This document shows, piece after piece, positions 26,601 through 38,169 of a DNA stretch of 53,043 bases. This DNA comes from Octopus bimaculoides (lineage: Eukaryota). The notes beneath the pieces are model-generated. The model ran no database searches. It worked only from the letters and a program-made list of their open reading frames with translations, and was not told where the DNA came from. How positions within the stretch are numbered: the first letter of the stretch is position 1; the number at the start of each line of letters is the position of its first letter. The position numbers and the translations under genes were made by a program. The DNA lies in the NCBI RefSeq assembly GCF_001194135.2, contig NC_068989.1, positions 92,396,537-92,449,579 on the forward strand, read 5' to 3'.

Positions 26601-26732
26601 TAGGTATATGAAAATATACACTAGTCAACTAACAAGTTACTGTTGTGTGTTAATGTAGATTTATAATATAATATACAATTACTCATATCGTGCACATGAC
26701 AGCTCCCAGCACATACCTAACTGTGTGAGTGT

Positions 26733-26773
<41 letters not shown>

Positions 26774-26808
26774 TGTGTGTGTGTGTGTACATTCGTATTT
26801 TATACATA

Positions 26809-27207
26809 TAGGTGGTCTGGTCAATAATTATCCGGACTGTTGCCATAGTAACGTAGCTAAACGATACGGAATGAAGCTGCTTAACACAGATTCACCTGGA
26901 ACTATTGTGCATCCGCTCTAACTTTTAACGTGTGCGGATCATACACTCCTCTCCATACACTTTCTGCAACTTTGTGTTGGCTTCTGAGCAGGAATCACCA
27001 TTACAACTTTCTCTGTCATGGTCAAAGTGACGATCACACACTCCACACGTTCCTTCCAAGCACTGCCGTAAACAGCAGAAGTGAGCTAGAACGTCAAAAC
27101 TTAGTTCGCGTGCACAGCAGTATTGAAGGTCAATCTTTGCCAAGCGGCTTTACTTTGCATGCTTTAGCTTCGTTAGTATCGCAGATACTTATCGATCAGG
27201 CCATGCA
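26809..27207 (-). mobile_element. Mariner-derived MITE with about 120-bp imperfect inverted ends
   Basis: TA-flanked ends TAGGTGGTCTGGTCAATAATTATC versus reverse complement TGCATGGCCTGATCGATAAGTATC. The inverted similarity extends about 120 bp. The interior on the minus strand encodes EANTKLQKVYGEECMIRT (mariner N-terminal HTH remnant). Confidence 0.7.
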
Positions 27208-27269
27208 TACTTGTGTGTGTATATAGAGAGTGCTTGTGCATATATATATATATTTTTTAATCGTGTACT

Positions 27270-27491
27270 TGCTTCACTCATTCGACTGTGGCCATGCTGG
27301 AACATCATCCTTAAGAATTTCTGGTCGATTGAACCGACCCCATTACTAATATTTGTAAGCCTGGTACATATTCTATCGGTTTCTTTGCCGAATCGCTAAT
27401 ATGCGAGGGCGTAAACACACCCACCCACACCGGTTGTCAATCAGTAGAGAGGGACAAGCACACAAATACACACACACACATGCCCCCACAG

Positions 27492-27524
<33 letters not shown>

Positions 27525-27660
27525 CATACATACACTTGGGCTTCTTCCAGTTTCCGTCCACCAAATCCACACAACAGGCTTAGATCGGTACGAGGCTTTA
27601 GTAGGAGACTGAATACCGAACCATGTGGTTAGGAAGCAAACATTCTCCCATACAGACACA
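27270..27660 (-). mobile_element. SINE family C copy
   Basis: Collinear homology with 15063-15485. Confidence 0.8.
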
Positions 27661-27661
27661 G

Positions 27662-27975
27662 GTACTTATTTCACCGACCCCAAAATGATAAAAGGCAAAG
27701 TCGACCTCGGTGGAATTTGAACTCAGAACATAGCGACACACGAAATACCACTAAGCATTTCGTCCGGTCTGCTAACGATTTTGCCAGCTTATCGCCTTCC
27801 GAAAAACCATAATAATAATTATAATTATAATCTTTTCTACTCTATGCACAAGGCCCGAAATTTTGAGGGAGGAGGCCAGTCGATTAGATCGACACCAGTA
27901 AGTAAATGGTACTTAATCTATCGACCCCGAAAGGATGAAAGGCAAAGTCGACCTCGCCGGAATTTGTACTCAAAT
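27662..27975 (-). mobile_element. Two tandem partial SINE family B copies
   Basis: AAAGGCAAAGTCGACCTCG occurs twice, near 27692 and near 27938. Confidence 0.75.
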
Positions 27976-28673
27976 CGTAAAGACCCAAGATATGTAGCTA
28001 TAATAAATATTTGTAATTTGGGTGGAAATCTAAGAAATTGAGTGATACGATAAGTCGATTAGATTTGAACAAATTGTTTAATTTATTTTACATTGTTTTC
28101 TTGACAGAGGGACAAGAAGTATCGAAGAGGGGACAATAGGTAGCACGATTCTATAAATTCATGAAAGAGTACATGAAAAATAAACCTATTTTCTATAGAA
28201 AACAGCTGCAGTTCGAAATATAAGGAAGCTACAACGGCACAGAACGCAAATATTCTGGAACAAGACTGACAAAATATGCAGGTATAACTAATAGATTTTG
28301 GTAATTTAAACGCCTTCCTGGCCAGAATCTGACAAGATTAGATATAAGGAAATGTAAGAGAGGTACAAGTTGTATTATAGTCCTCGCCTAATGTGAGAAA
28401 TAGACGACTTCCAAAAGTTTTAGCAGACGACTTCATGTTACTCGTAGGATGCTTGGTGAGAATGTGTATATGTATGCATGTGTGTGTGTGTTTCTTTGTT
28501 TGTTTAATTGTGTGTGTGTGCATACATCATTCAGGTAAGAGACAGTAAATGCAAATTGCACAGTCCGTAAAGAAAAGGAGGGAATTTATCACGTCAGAAT
28601 ATATATATATGTATATACATGCATATAAACATATATGCATATACAAATCTGTCTGTCTGTCTCTCTCTGTATG

Positions 28674-28781
<108 letters not shown>

Positions 28782-29373
28782 CATATATATATACATACAT
28801 ACACACATACACTCTAGGAATATCTGTATGCATGTATTTATATATAACGCATATGCTTGTGTGTATATACATATATATGCATATATATATATACGTACAT
28901 ACATACATACATACACACATAGATACATAGTGACCGTTTATTCCCAGAGCAGGTAATAATATTCGTTGGACAATATAAAATCCGCTCCTAAATCAAAAAA
29001 GAACGAGAACAAATTGTATCGATATGCAACATAAATTGAGGCTGAACAGCACCAAGTGACAATCAATATTGTTGCCAAAGCTTGTCTGTTATATAACTAA
29101 CGGAACTCACAGTGTAACGTTGATGGAGCCGAGACATTGTTATTAAATATTAAGTTGGCAAATAATGCCACTTCACCATAATTATCAATCTTTTGCAGGC
29201 CACAACATTTTGGGAATGGAGGTCGGGAAACTATTAATGTATAAATATTTCTAGATTGGGGTAAATTGTACAGGGGAGATGAATGAAAAAACAAAAACTG
29301 TCTTCATTGAATTTGAAAAATTGGGTGCAGTTAAAGTAGATGAAGATTGTCGGTGATGTATAGCTATAAGTGG

Positions 29374-29762
29374 TGGAGGCGCAATGGCCCAGTTGGTTAG
29401 GGCAGCGGACTCGCGGTCATAGGATCGCGGTTTCGATTCCCAGACCGAGCGTTGTGAGTGTTTATTGAGCGAAAACACCTAAAGCTCCACGAGGCTCCGG
29501 CAGGGGGTGGTGGCGAAACCTGCTGTACTCTTTCACCACAACTTTCTCTCACTCTTACTTCCTGTTTCTGTTGTGCCTGTAATTCAAAGGGTCAGCCTTG
29601 TCACACTGTGTCACGCTGAATATCCCCGAGGATTTCGTTAAGAGTACCCGTGTCTGTGGAGTGCTCAGCCATTTGCACGTTAATTTCACGAGCAGGCTGT
29701 TCCGTTGATCGGATCAACTGGAACCCTCGACGTCGTAAGCGACGGAGTGCCAACAAAAACAA
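29374..29762 (+). mobile_element. Full-length young tRNA-derived SINE, family A, with a 14-bp TSD
   Basis: A box TGGCCCAGTTGGTTAGG, B box GGTTTCGATTCCC, tail GACGGAGTGCCA-ACAAAAACAA. TSD ATAGCTATAAGTGG at 29360-29373 and 29763-29776. Near-identical to 34633-35013. Confidence 0.9.
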
Positions 29763-29773
29763 ATAGCTATAAG

Positions 29774-30040
29774 TGGCACTCCGTCAGTTGCAACGACGAG
29801 TTTTCCAGTTGATCTGATCAACAGAGCAGCCTGCTTGTAATATCAAAGTGCAGGTAGCTGATTATTCCACAGTCACATGTAACTTCAGCGAAGTTCTTAG
29901 GGAGATTCAGTGTGACACAGAATGTGAATTACTGTTACAACTCTTTATTGCCAACTGGGTGGATTGGAGCAATGTGAAATAAAGTGTCTCGATCAAGGAA
30001 AATATCCATCGCCGGGAATCGAACTCATGACCCCAACGAT
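29774..30040 (-). mobile_element. Older SINE related to family A, opposite orientation
   Basis: 29774-29918 is the reverse complement of the family A 3' half. B-box-like GAGTTCGATTCCCGG on the minus strand near 30012-30026. Confidence 0.75.
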
Positions 30041-30364
30041 TATCAGCTTTCACTGTATAGCTGTACAATAATTTGTGGCAGAATGGCAGAATGGTCAGAG
30101 TGACGAACAATCACTGATCTACTAAATAGAAACATTATTACTTCTAAATCACTCAACGAGAGACAGCACTTTAAAGTAAAGATTATTTGCCAGCATAATG
30201 TGGCAGACAGATCTGTGGCGTATAGCCAGCTGGAGACGATGCTTCCTGGGGCTAAAACAACAGTAACATTCATCCCAACCGGGACTGCCACATTATATAA
30301 TGAATATACTGATAAGGAAATAATTACATATTAAATGACACAGATAAGGAAATAATTGACGAGT

Positions 30365-30802
30365 AATCACAGGGCTAACTGAAGCTAGAAGACATGATTT
30401 GGTAGTAGTAAATAAAAACAATAAAAAGTGCTAGATAATCGACTTTACAGTCCCAAATAATGAAAAAATTAATATGAGAATAATAGAAAAAATAGCAAAG
30501 TTCCAGGACTTAGCTATTGAATTACAGAGACTATGGATAGTGCTGATAAAATGTATCCCAGGAGTTATAAATGTCTTGGGAACTGTCCCTAAAGTTCTGA
30601 ACAGATGGATAGAGGAAATAGGCATAAAACTCCGTTTAGTACAGCTCCAGAAGACAGTGTCATTAGGGACTGGTAGGATACTTAGGAGGGTTTCTTGGCA
30701 CCTAAGGCTACTTGTTGTAGCCCGATGTTAGGATTCTTTTGTTTTCTAACAGTCTAATCTGTTGAGTGTAAATGAATAATAATAATAATAACAACAACAA
30801 TA
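30365..30802 (+). mobile_element. R4/Dong-type LINE 3' end #1 (RLE C-terminus, 3' UTR, (AAT/AAC)n tail)
   Basis: Reads EARRHDLVVVNKNNKKC*IIDFTVPNNEKI...EKIAKFQDLAIELQRLW...LGTVPK...LQKTVSLGTGRILRRV, which carries the (P)D-(D/E)xK RLE motifs of R4/Dong. Confidence 0.85.
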
Positions 30803-30834
30803 ATATATCCATTGTATTTCATTGGCTCTTTTAC

Positions 30835-31424
30835 CGTAAATACCTATATGAAGTAAGAGAGAACTGGTATGAGCATGTACCAAGTAAAGTTATGCAGTGG
30901 GATGGAAAAATAACGATACTCCAGGACAATGATTTTCGAACGGATCGTGTAATGGAACAACGTCGGCCGGATATTGTCATATTGAATAAGAGTGACAAAT
31001 ACTGTCAGATCATTGATGTAACCATACCAAATGACATGAATGTTGTGAGTAAAGAAGTTGAAAATCACCAGGTACTTCGAATTGAAAGTGGAAATGGCAA
31101 GACTGTATGGAATGCGAGAGGGTAATGTAAAAGTGATACCAGTGGTGATCGGAGTGTTGGGTTCAATCGCATTGAAACTTCAAGACTTCTTAAGGCAACT
31201 GGAAATCCCNNNNNNNNNNTCAATCGCATTGAAACTTCAAGACTTCTTAAGGCAACTGGAAATCCCATGCAAGATTGATGTCTTGCAAAAAGCAGCCTTA
31301 TTGGGCAGAGCGCACATCTTAAGGAAAGTATTATCTGTCTGAGGTCCTTGTTGTGACTCGAAAGATGACTAAAAACTCCGGTGCATTTTTACCTACACTG
31401 TATTACGAAGGAATAATAATAATA

Positions 31425-31502
<78 letters not shown>

Positions 31503-31517
31503 GTAATAATAATAGTA
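30835..31517 (+). mobile_element. R4/Dong-type LINE 3' end #2 (different subfamily) with (AAT)n tail
   Basis: Reads NWYEHVPSKV...TDRVMEQRRPDIVILNKSDKYCQIIDVTIPND.../KITRYFELKVEMARLY...IPVVIGVLG...LQKAALLGRAHILRKVLSV*. It has one frameshift and a gap-associated 47-bp duplication. Confidence 0.9.
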
Positions 31518-31641
31518 ATCCTACGCAAAACACTTTCAATACAGTAACCATAAAAGCACCACAACAAAGCACAGCACATACCCAAGGCACACAGAGCTGC
31601 GCTCGGTAGTGAAGTGAAAGCACGTTATAAAAATAAAACTA

Positions 31642-31712
<71 letters not shown>
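31518..31712 (+). mobile_element. R4/Dong-type LINE 3' end #3 (extremely 5'-truncated) with (AAT)n tail
   Basis: Begins with codons ILRKTLSIQ*, cf. ILRKVLSV* of #2 and IIRKILSM* at 49245. These are followed by about 100 nt of UTR and (AAT)n. Confidence 0.65.
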
Positions 31713-31713
<1 letters not shown>

Positions 31714-32419
31714 TGTTGGTTGTATAAAAATAATATTTATCATCATCAACAACAACAACAACAACAGCGATAAAGTTTTAGAGTTATGGACAAAGTAAAA
31801 CGTATTTTGTAATATTGTAATGGCCTGAAATTTAAAAGCAATTTCAAATATGTAGCAGAGTTAAGAAATATGAAATGTTGGTATTTACAATTGTCAATGC
31901 AAAATATCCATTATTAACAGTGGAGAAATAAAAATATACAGAAATAATAGAACTCGGCTAAATCTCTTAATGGATATCCATTTACTTACGGCTAGAGTAG
32001 AAGAGAAATGCTTAAAACAAACGCATGAGAAAGGAATACCTATTTTGAAAATGTATCATGTTTTAATCAATAGCAAGAAAATTGTTAAGTATGGTTGTGT
32101 TGGCTGCCGCCATATTTAAACATCCAGACATTGATGAAATTATATGTATTCGTTAAAAGCTGTTGGATCATTTCGTTGCTATTGCAAGTTCTACGAGTTT
32201 GCTGTGTTTGTAGAGACAAAAAGATGAATAAGAATAATTTTGTTACCTGAACAAACTCAGAACAAACAAACAAGCTAACAAACAAACAAACGGTAAGATT
32301 TAAACGAAAAAAATATCTCATCTGCATGTATTGAATAAATTTTACGTCCGTGCACTCAGGTACATACGCACAGACACAAACACACATACACAAACAAATA
32401 CACAGAGCTAAATCTATAT

Positions 32420-32556
32420 TGGTCCAAAGATCGCGTTGTCTTGAGTTCAGTCCCACAATACGGTTCACTGGGAAAAGTTTTACTATCACGTTTAAATGAC
32501 CAACGCCTTATGAGCAGATTCGGTAGACGGAGATTTTGTGGAAACCCGTGGTATAA

Positions 32557-32560
<4 letters not shown>
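32420..32560 (+). mobile_element. SINE family C, 5' fragment
   Basis: GAGTTCAGTCCCAC B box, then GATTCGGTAGACGGA and a (TG)n tract, as in family C. Confidence 0.65.
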
Positions 32561-32603
<43 letters not shown>

Positions 32604-32689
32604 CGTGTGTGTATGTGCGTGTGTGTATTTACACATATGTATGTATACATGTATATGCTGGACTGCTCCTTTGAAGACGACGTATGCGC

Positions 32690-32975
32690 GTTCGGATCTC
32701 ACCCACTTACACCATATCCCTTGGATAGGTGGTGTTTTGTAATAATGCCATCCAGGTATGTGTCTTTTTTGTTATATTTGACCAGTGTGGTCGTGTCTGT
32801 GGAGGCCTTATTGGTAAGGGGTGAGTCTTGATATTTTTGTGGGTGATGTGGTTCGTTTTTTTGTGGGTGTGTGAGGCTGGGAGGGCGTGGGTGACACACA
32901 ATGTCTTTTATTTGGTTTTCTTTTCACATCTTGAAATTCCTCCTCCGTTATGGCGGTCTCCATGTCGTCTGCCGG
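32690..32975 (-). mobile_element. Possible retrotransposon ORF1-like fragment
   Basis: Reads DDMETAITEEEFQDVKRKPNKRHCVSPTPSQPHTPTKKRTTSPTK. The composition is typical of LINE ORF1 linker regions, but no diagnostic domain is present. Confidence 0.3.
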
Positions 32976-32976
32976 G

Positions 32977-33350
32977 GGTGGCGCACTGGAATATGTAACA
33001 CACTGCCTAAGTACCAATCTTGAGAAATTAGGCTTCTTAAAACCAGAAATGAGAAAACTGATCCAAAAACTACAGATCCAATCCATCACTGGAACTGTAA
33101 AAATCTGTAAAATTTTGCCAAAGTTTAGAATTGAAGAACATATGCGCATGCTTAGACATGCCAGTATATGTTTGAGAGTGTATAAAACCAAACATACAAA
33201 TTTGCACAAGCGCTGACTGGAAACACTTCACATATGCATACATGCAAAAATACTCTGTTGATGTTGGCAAAATTCCAATGAAGATGACTTATCTAATTTG
33301 GAAACTGGCTCTTCCTCTATTAGTAAGAAATCTTGAAATAAAAAATTGTA
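32977..33350 (+). mobile_element. R4/Dong-like LINE 3' fragment
   Basis: Reads GALEYVTHCLSTNLEKLGF...LIQKLQIQSITGTVKICK, matching the GALG.V...L...L..LG......LQ....GT..I terminal RLE motif. Confidence 0.6.
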
Positions 33351-33654
33351 TTATGAAATTCATGCATACATATGTAGGCATGTATTAAATTATAGAGAAT
33401 ATAGATAGACAGCTTGATAGTAACTGGTGTATATTTTAGTCATTATATATTTCAAATATATATGAAAAAGATGGTATTTTGTATTAAATATACATAAGTT
33501 ATTCTTATTCCTAAAAGAATTTCAATATCAAATAACTTACTAATAGTTACGTAATAATAATATTGTAAATATGAATATTTACATATATGCATCATTTCTC
33601 AGAAGATACAATATTACGCAATTACTATCAATATATCTGTTGATACTGAACGCA

Positions 33655-33721
<67 letters not shown>

Positions 33722-34632
33722 ATATACAGATGTTTACGTTTGATGCAATAAAATTGATCCGATGTAATCCACGTTGGTAATCCAGCGGTTAAATCGGTGT
33801 AAATACAAGCAGTTCTGTTCGCGTGTTATGGCGATGTATAAATCGAAATATAGAATAGCAATACTGACTACGAATAACAACGACAAATAATTCGACGTTG
33901 AATGCGTTGAAGAAATGTTTGACGTTTCCGAAATGTTTGTCTTTCTTTGGAAAGAAAAAGAGAGAAAGAAACGAGTGGATGATAAAAAGCAGAAACAAAA
34001 ATCAGAGTCGAATTAATCCACATGTGTTTACGAGACTGCCAGAAGTTCAACCCACTGGATTTGCCATCGATTTACGGTAGCTTAAGCGAGACATTGACGG
34101 AACATGTCTCAGTAGTTTAGAGAGTCCATAAAGACAAAGGTCATTACCTTCACATCCAGACTAAACCAATTTCAAAGTACTTCTTTACACCCCCCACACA
34201 CACGCACACACATTATATCACGATATGTGAGCAATAGCATCGTTGAGTTTCTAAGTGGCCAGCCCTCTTTCACTGCATTTCTAATGGAAAAAATTGATAA
34301 GGAAGTGTTCCGTTGGAAGGCATACATACATTCTATATAAACTAGGCATTCGTCAATACACAAACATGCACCAAACACATATTTACATACACAGACACCA
34401 AACACATATTTACACACAAAGAAAAATGGTGACAAGTATGGATAGAAAGAACAGGATAGCGATGAGAACTCATTCCAAACGCAAAATACTATATGATTTT
34501 TCCAGTGACAAACTGTCGCTGATCTCGAAAAATGAGAAATAACCAATATTAAATCTCTTTTCACCTTTGTGGTGTCGTAAATAGAGTACATATTGAGGAT
34601 AGAAGAATAGCTGTATCATTAGAGCGCCGCAG

Positions 34633-35013
34633 TGGAGGCGCAATGGCCCAGTGGTTAGGGCAGCGGACTCACGGTCATAGGATCGCGGTTTCGATTCCCA
34701 GACCGGGCGTTGCGAGTGTTTATTGAGCGAAAACACCTAGTTCCACGAGGCTCCGGCAGGGGATGGCGGTGAACCCTGCTGTACTCTTTCACCACAACTT
34801 TCTCTCAGTCTTTCTTCCTGTTTTTGCTGTACCTGTATTTCAAAGGGTCAGCCTTGTCACACTCTGTGTCACGTTGAATCTCCCCGAGAACTACGTTAAG
34901 GGTACACGTGTCTGTGGAGTGCTCAGCCACTTGCACGTTAATTTCACGAGCAGGCTGTTCCGTTGATCGGATCAACAGGAAGCCTCGTCGTCGTAACCGA
35001 CGGAGTGCCAACC
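34633..35013 (+). mobile_element. Full-length SINE family A with a 12-bp TSD
   Basis: Near-identical to 29374-29762. TSD AGAGCGCCGCAG at 34621-34632 and 35014-35025. Confidence 0.9.
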
Positions 35014-35289
35014 AGAGCGCCGCAGAGAACCTTGCGGTATTTGTTCCAAATTTATACGCTCTGAGATCAAATACTCGCTTGGTCTCCTTAGGTGGGAGAT
35101 TTGATACCACTGACTGGGACTTGAGTGCATTTGACAAGAATTCCGAATATACTTTTGGTTCGGGTGAGGTGGGGGTTATTTTCCTTTCCACATCTCACAG
35201 TCACCAAATCTCTGAAAATGCATATGGCTATTACCTTAAGCTCCTGGATAAGCAATTATATAATAATCGTGGTGCAAAGATAAACTGGT

Positions 35290-35455
35290 ACACTTTGTGT
35301 CACGACGATGGTTCCAGTTGATCCGATTAACGAAGAGCTTGCACGTGAAGCATACGTGTAATTGGTTGAGTACTCCACAGCCACACGTGTCCTTAACATA
35401 GTTCTCGGGGAGATTCAGCATAATACAGAATAAGACAAGGCTGGCCCTCTCAAAT
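35290..35455 (-). mobile_element. Older family A-related SINE 3' fragment, opposite orientation
   Basis: GGTTCCAGTTGATCCGAT ... GTTCTCGGGGAGATTCAGC ... ACAAGGCTGGCCC is the reverse complement of the family A 3' half. Confidence 0.75.
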
Positions 35456-35516
35456 ACTGTAATACTTGAACGACTGAGAATTTCCGGCATGAAAACTAAC
35501 GGTTACCTTGTTAACC

Positions 35517-35600
<84 letters not shown>

Positions 35601-36183
35601 NNNNNNNNNNNNNNNNNNNNNNNNNNNNNNNNNNNNNNNNNNNNNNNNNNNNNNNNNNNNNNNNNNNNNNNNNNNNNNNNNNNNNNNNNNNNNNNNNNNN
35701 NNNNNNNNNNNNNNNNNNNNNNNNNNNNNNNNNNNNNNNNNNNNNNNNNNNNNNNNNNNNNNNNNNNNNNNNNNNNNNNNNNNNNNNNNNNNNNNNNNNN
35801 NNNNNNNNNNNNNNNNNNNNNNNNNNNNNNNNNNNNNNNNNNNNNNNNNNNNNNNNNNNNNNNNNNNNNNNNNNNNNNNNNNNNNNNNNNNNNNNNNNNN
35901 NNNNNNNNNNNNNNNNNNNNNNNNNNNNNNNNNNNNNNNNNNNNNNNNNNNNNNNNNNNNNNNNNNNNNNNNNNNNNNNNNNNNNNNNNNNNNNNNNNNN
36001 NNNNNNNNNNNNNNNNNNNNNNNNNNNNNNNNNNNNNNNNNNNNNNNNNNNNNNNNNNNNNNNNNNNNNNNNNNNNNNNNNNNNNNNNNNNNNNNNNNNN
36101 NNNNNNNNNNNNNNNNNNNNNNNNNNNNNNNNNNNNNNNNNNNNNNNNATACATATCACTGTCTCGTTGTCAACACGTATATA

Positions 36184-36226
<43 letters not shown>

Positions 36227-37176
36227 CAAAATTTAAATATGTTCGTTTACGCACACACAAGCAGACGCAAACGCACGAACCCAGACAATCATATACACAC
36301 ACACATACATATATGTGTATGTGTATGTGTGAGTGAGTGTGTGGAAAGGAAATACATAGAGCATCTTATTGAAGTTACGGGCGAAGTAAATTAATAAAAT
36401 GTTAAAAATATCTTTTGGACACAGACAACGAAGAAAATCAGATAAAGATAGGAGTGTTAAAGCAGCAGATCTGTACAAATGTTACAAGAATAAGATACGA
36501 AATCTAAAGATACAAGCATTAAGATACAGAATCTAAAGAAAGAAATCTACAGATCGACTGTGCTCCGCAGATCAACCTATTTATGAAACTCATAAACAAT
36601 ATAACCTATTTTACAATATATCACAAGATATTGTGATTGTGAAATAAACAATATTGAAAGACACGGACTTCCGAAAATGTCTTTCTGTGGAACTTAACAA
36701 ATTTGCATTTAGATGAAGAATTAATGATAAATTTATAAAAGTACAGATGTGCAACCTCACAGATAGATACTAAAATAGGAAAAGATAATTTAACGGCAAC
36801 AAATACAACCAGATCGCTTATGATTCTACTGTAATCATATATTTTTTGATAGAAAAGCCGAACGAATATGAAAGCCCAAAAGGTTCGAAAGCGAAAGATA
36901 CAGAGAAAATTATAAGATTGAGTGCAGAAAAAAGAAATACATCTTTTATCTTACCTCAGATTGGTAGAATAATTAGGAATACAAATCATATGCAGATTCA
37001 AATAATTCGGAGCATATAAAGTAGTAACGGAGAACGTTACGGAAAAGTAGGAATATCATTAACAAGAGTAAGAAGAATGAAAATTGAATGATATATCTAG
37101 AAAACAAGCTTGACATACAAGGGTAAATACCATAGAGTTGGGGGACAATATTAGCAAAGACGTAAGAAAGAATATA

Positions 37177-37225
<49 letters not shown>

Positions 37226-38169
37226 AATAATATATAAATATATGCATATATCCATACATATATGTACATACCTACATCTATATGTATACATACATGCATA
37301 TATGAGTACTGGACATCACAAAAAACGTTAAACACAATGAGAAACGAAAACATGAAGACGAAAGCAGAAAATGAATTTTTTTTTTTGAACAACGAACAAA
37401 ACAAACTGAGAAACGAGATATGCAACATAAAGAATATTCCTCTTTATCAGTTGTCCCTGTTCATCTAATCTGCGTTTCGAAGGCAAGGAAAATACGCGAC
37501 TTCGTTGGAACAGTCCTTCCCGCAAAGCAAATTAAATAAAATTTGGAATTTTTTGCGGACGGTGAAAGTGTTAACAAGAACAGGACAGTGAAGACAAGAC
37601 AGTAAAAACAAGACAGGGAAAACAAACGGTAATGGCTGTTAAGCCAAGGCGATAGAAAAATTATTATTTTGAACGCTAGTTAGACGTGAATGAGAGAAGA
37701 AACAATAGACAGAAAAATCACGTCTTCTCTATAGGAAGGCAGCGAATAGAAAGAAAGAATTCCTTTTGTCACGTGTCAGCGACGAGAGGGTCAAGGAGGA
37801 AGAGTGAGAGAGAGAGGGAACGGTGAAAGGGAGAGAAGAATAGGGAAAGGGTGGGAGAAAAGACAGAAAGGATGAAGAACAAGATAGGGAGAGAGATAGA
37901 CAGGGAAATGATAGCAATAGTAGTAGAGTACGCATAGTAATTATTAATACAAAACTTACTTGCAACACTTTTGAGAAAAACATAAGATAAGACCAATCTA
38001 CGGATTAAAGAAGTAGAAAGGCCTGTTACCCCTATGAAATCCCTGATCTGTAGAACTTCCTTTACTATAGGTCCCCATGTACAAAGAACAATTCTATTGT
38101 ATGTAAGCTGAACCCACAGGTTAATTTGTAGGTGAGGAATATAGTGCATCGCTTACAATGTAATGAGAG

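Noticed and set aside
29374-29450. tRNA-like sequences here and at 34633, 15400-15485 and 43680-43750
   Set aside because: These are SINE heads: they continue into repeat bodies with tails or TSDs and do not form complete cloverleaves.
31163-31266. Exact 47-bp direct repeat (31163-31209 and 31220-31266)
   Set aside because: The copies are identical and flank a 10-N gap, typical of unmerged contig overlap and so an assembly artifact.
37415-37640. Possible further Penelope-like tail (minus strand ...AACGAAG...CTTCGAAACGC)
   Set aside because: The core and helix I are too divergent, and there is no second copy in the window to support it.
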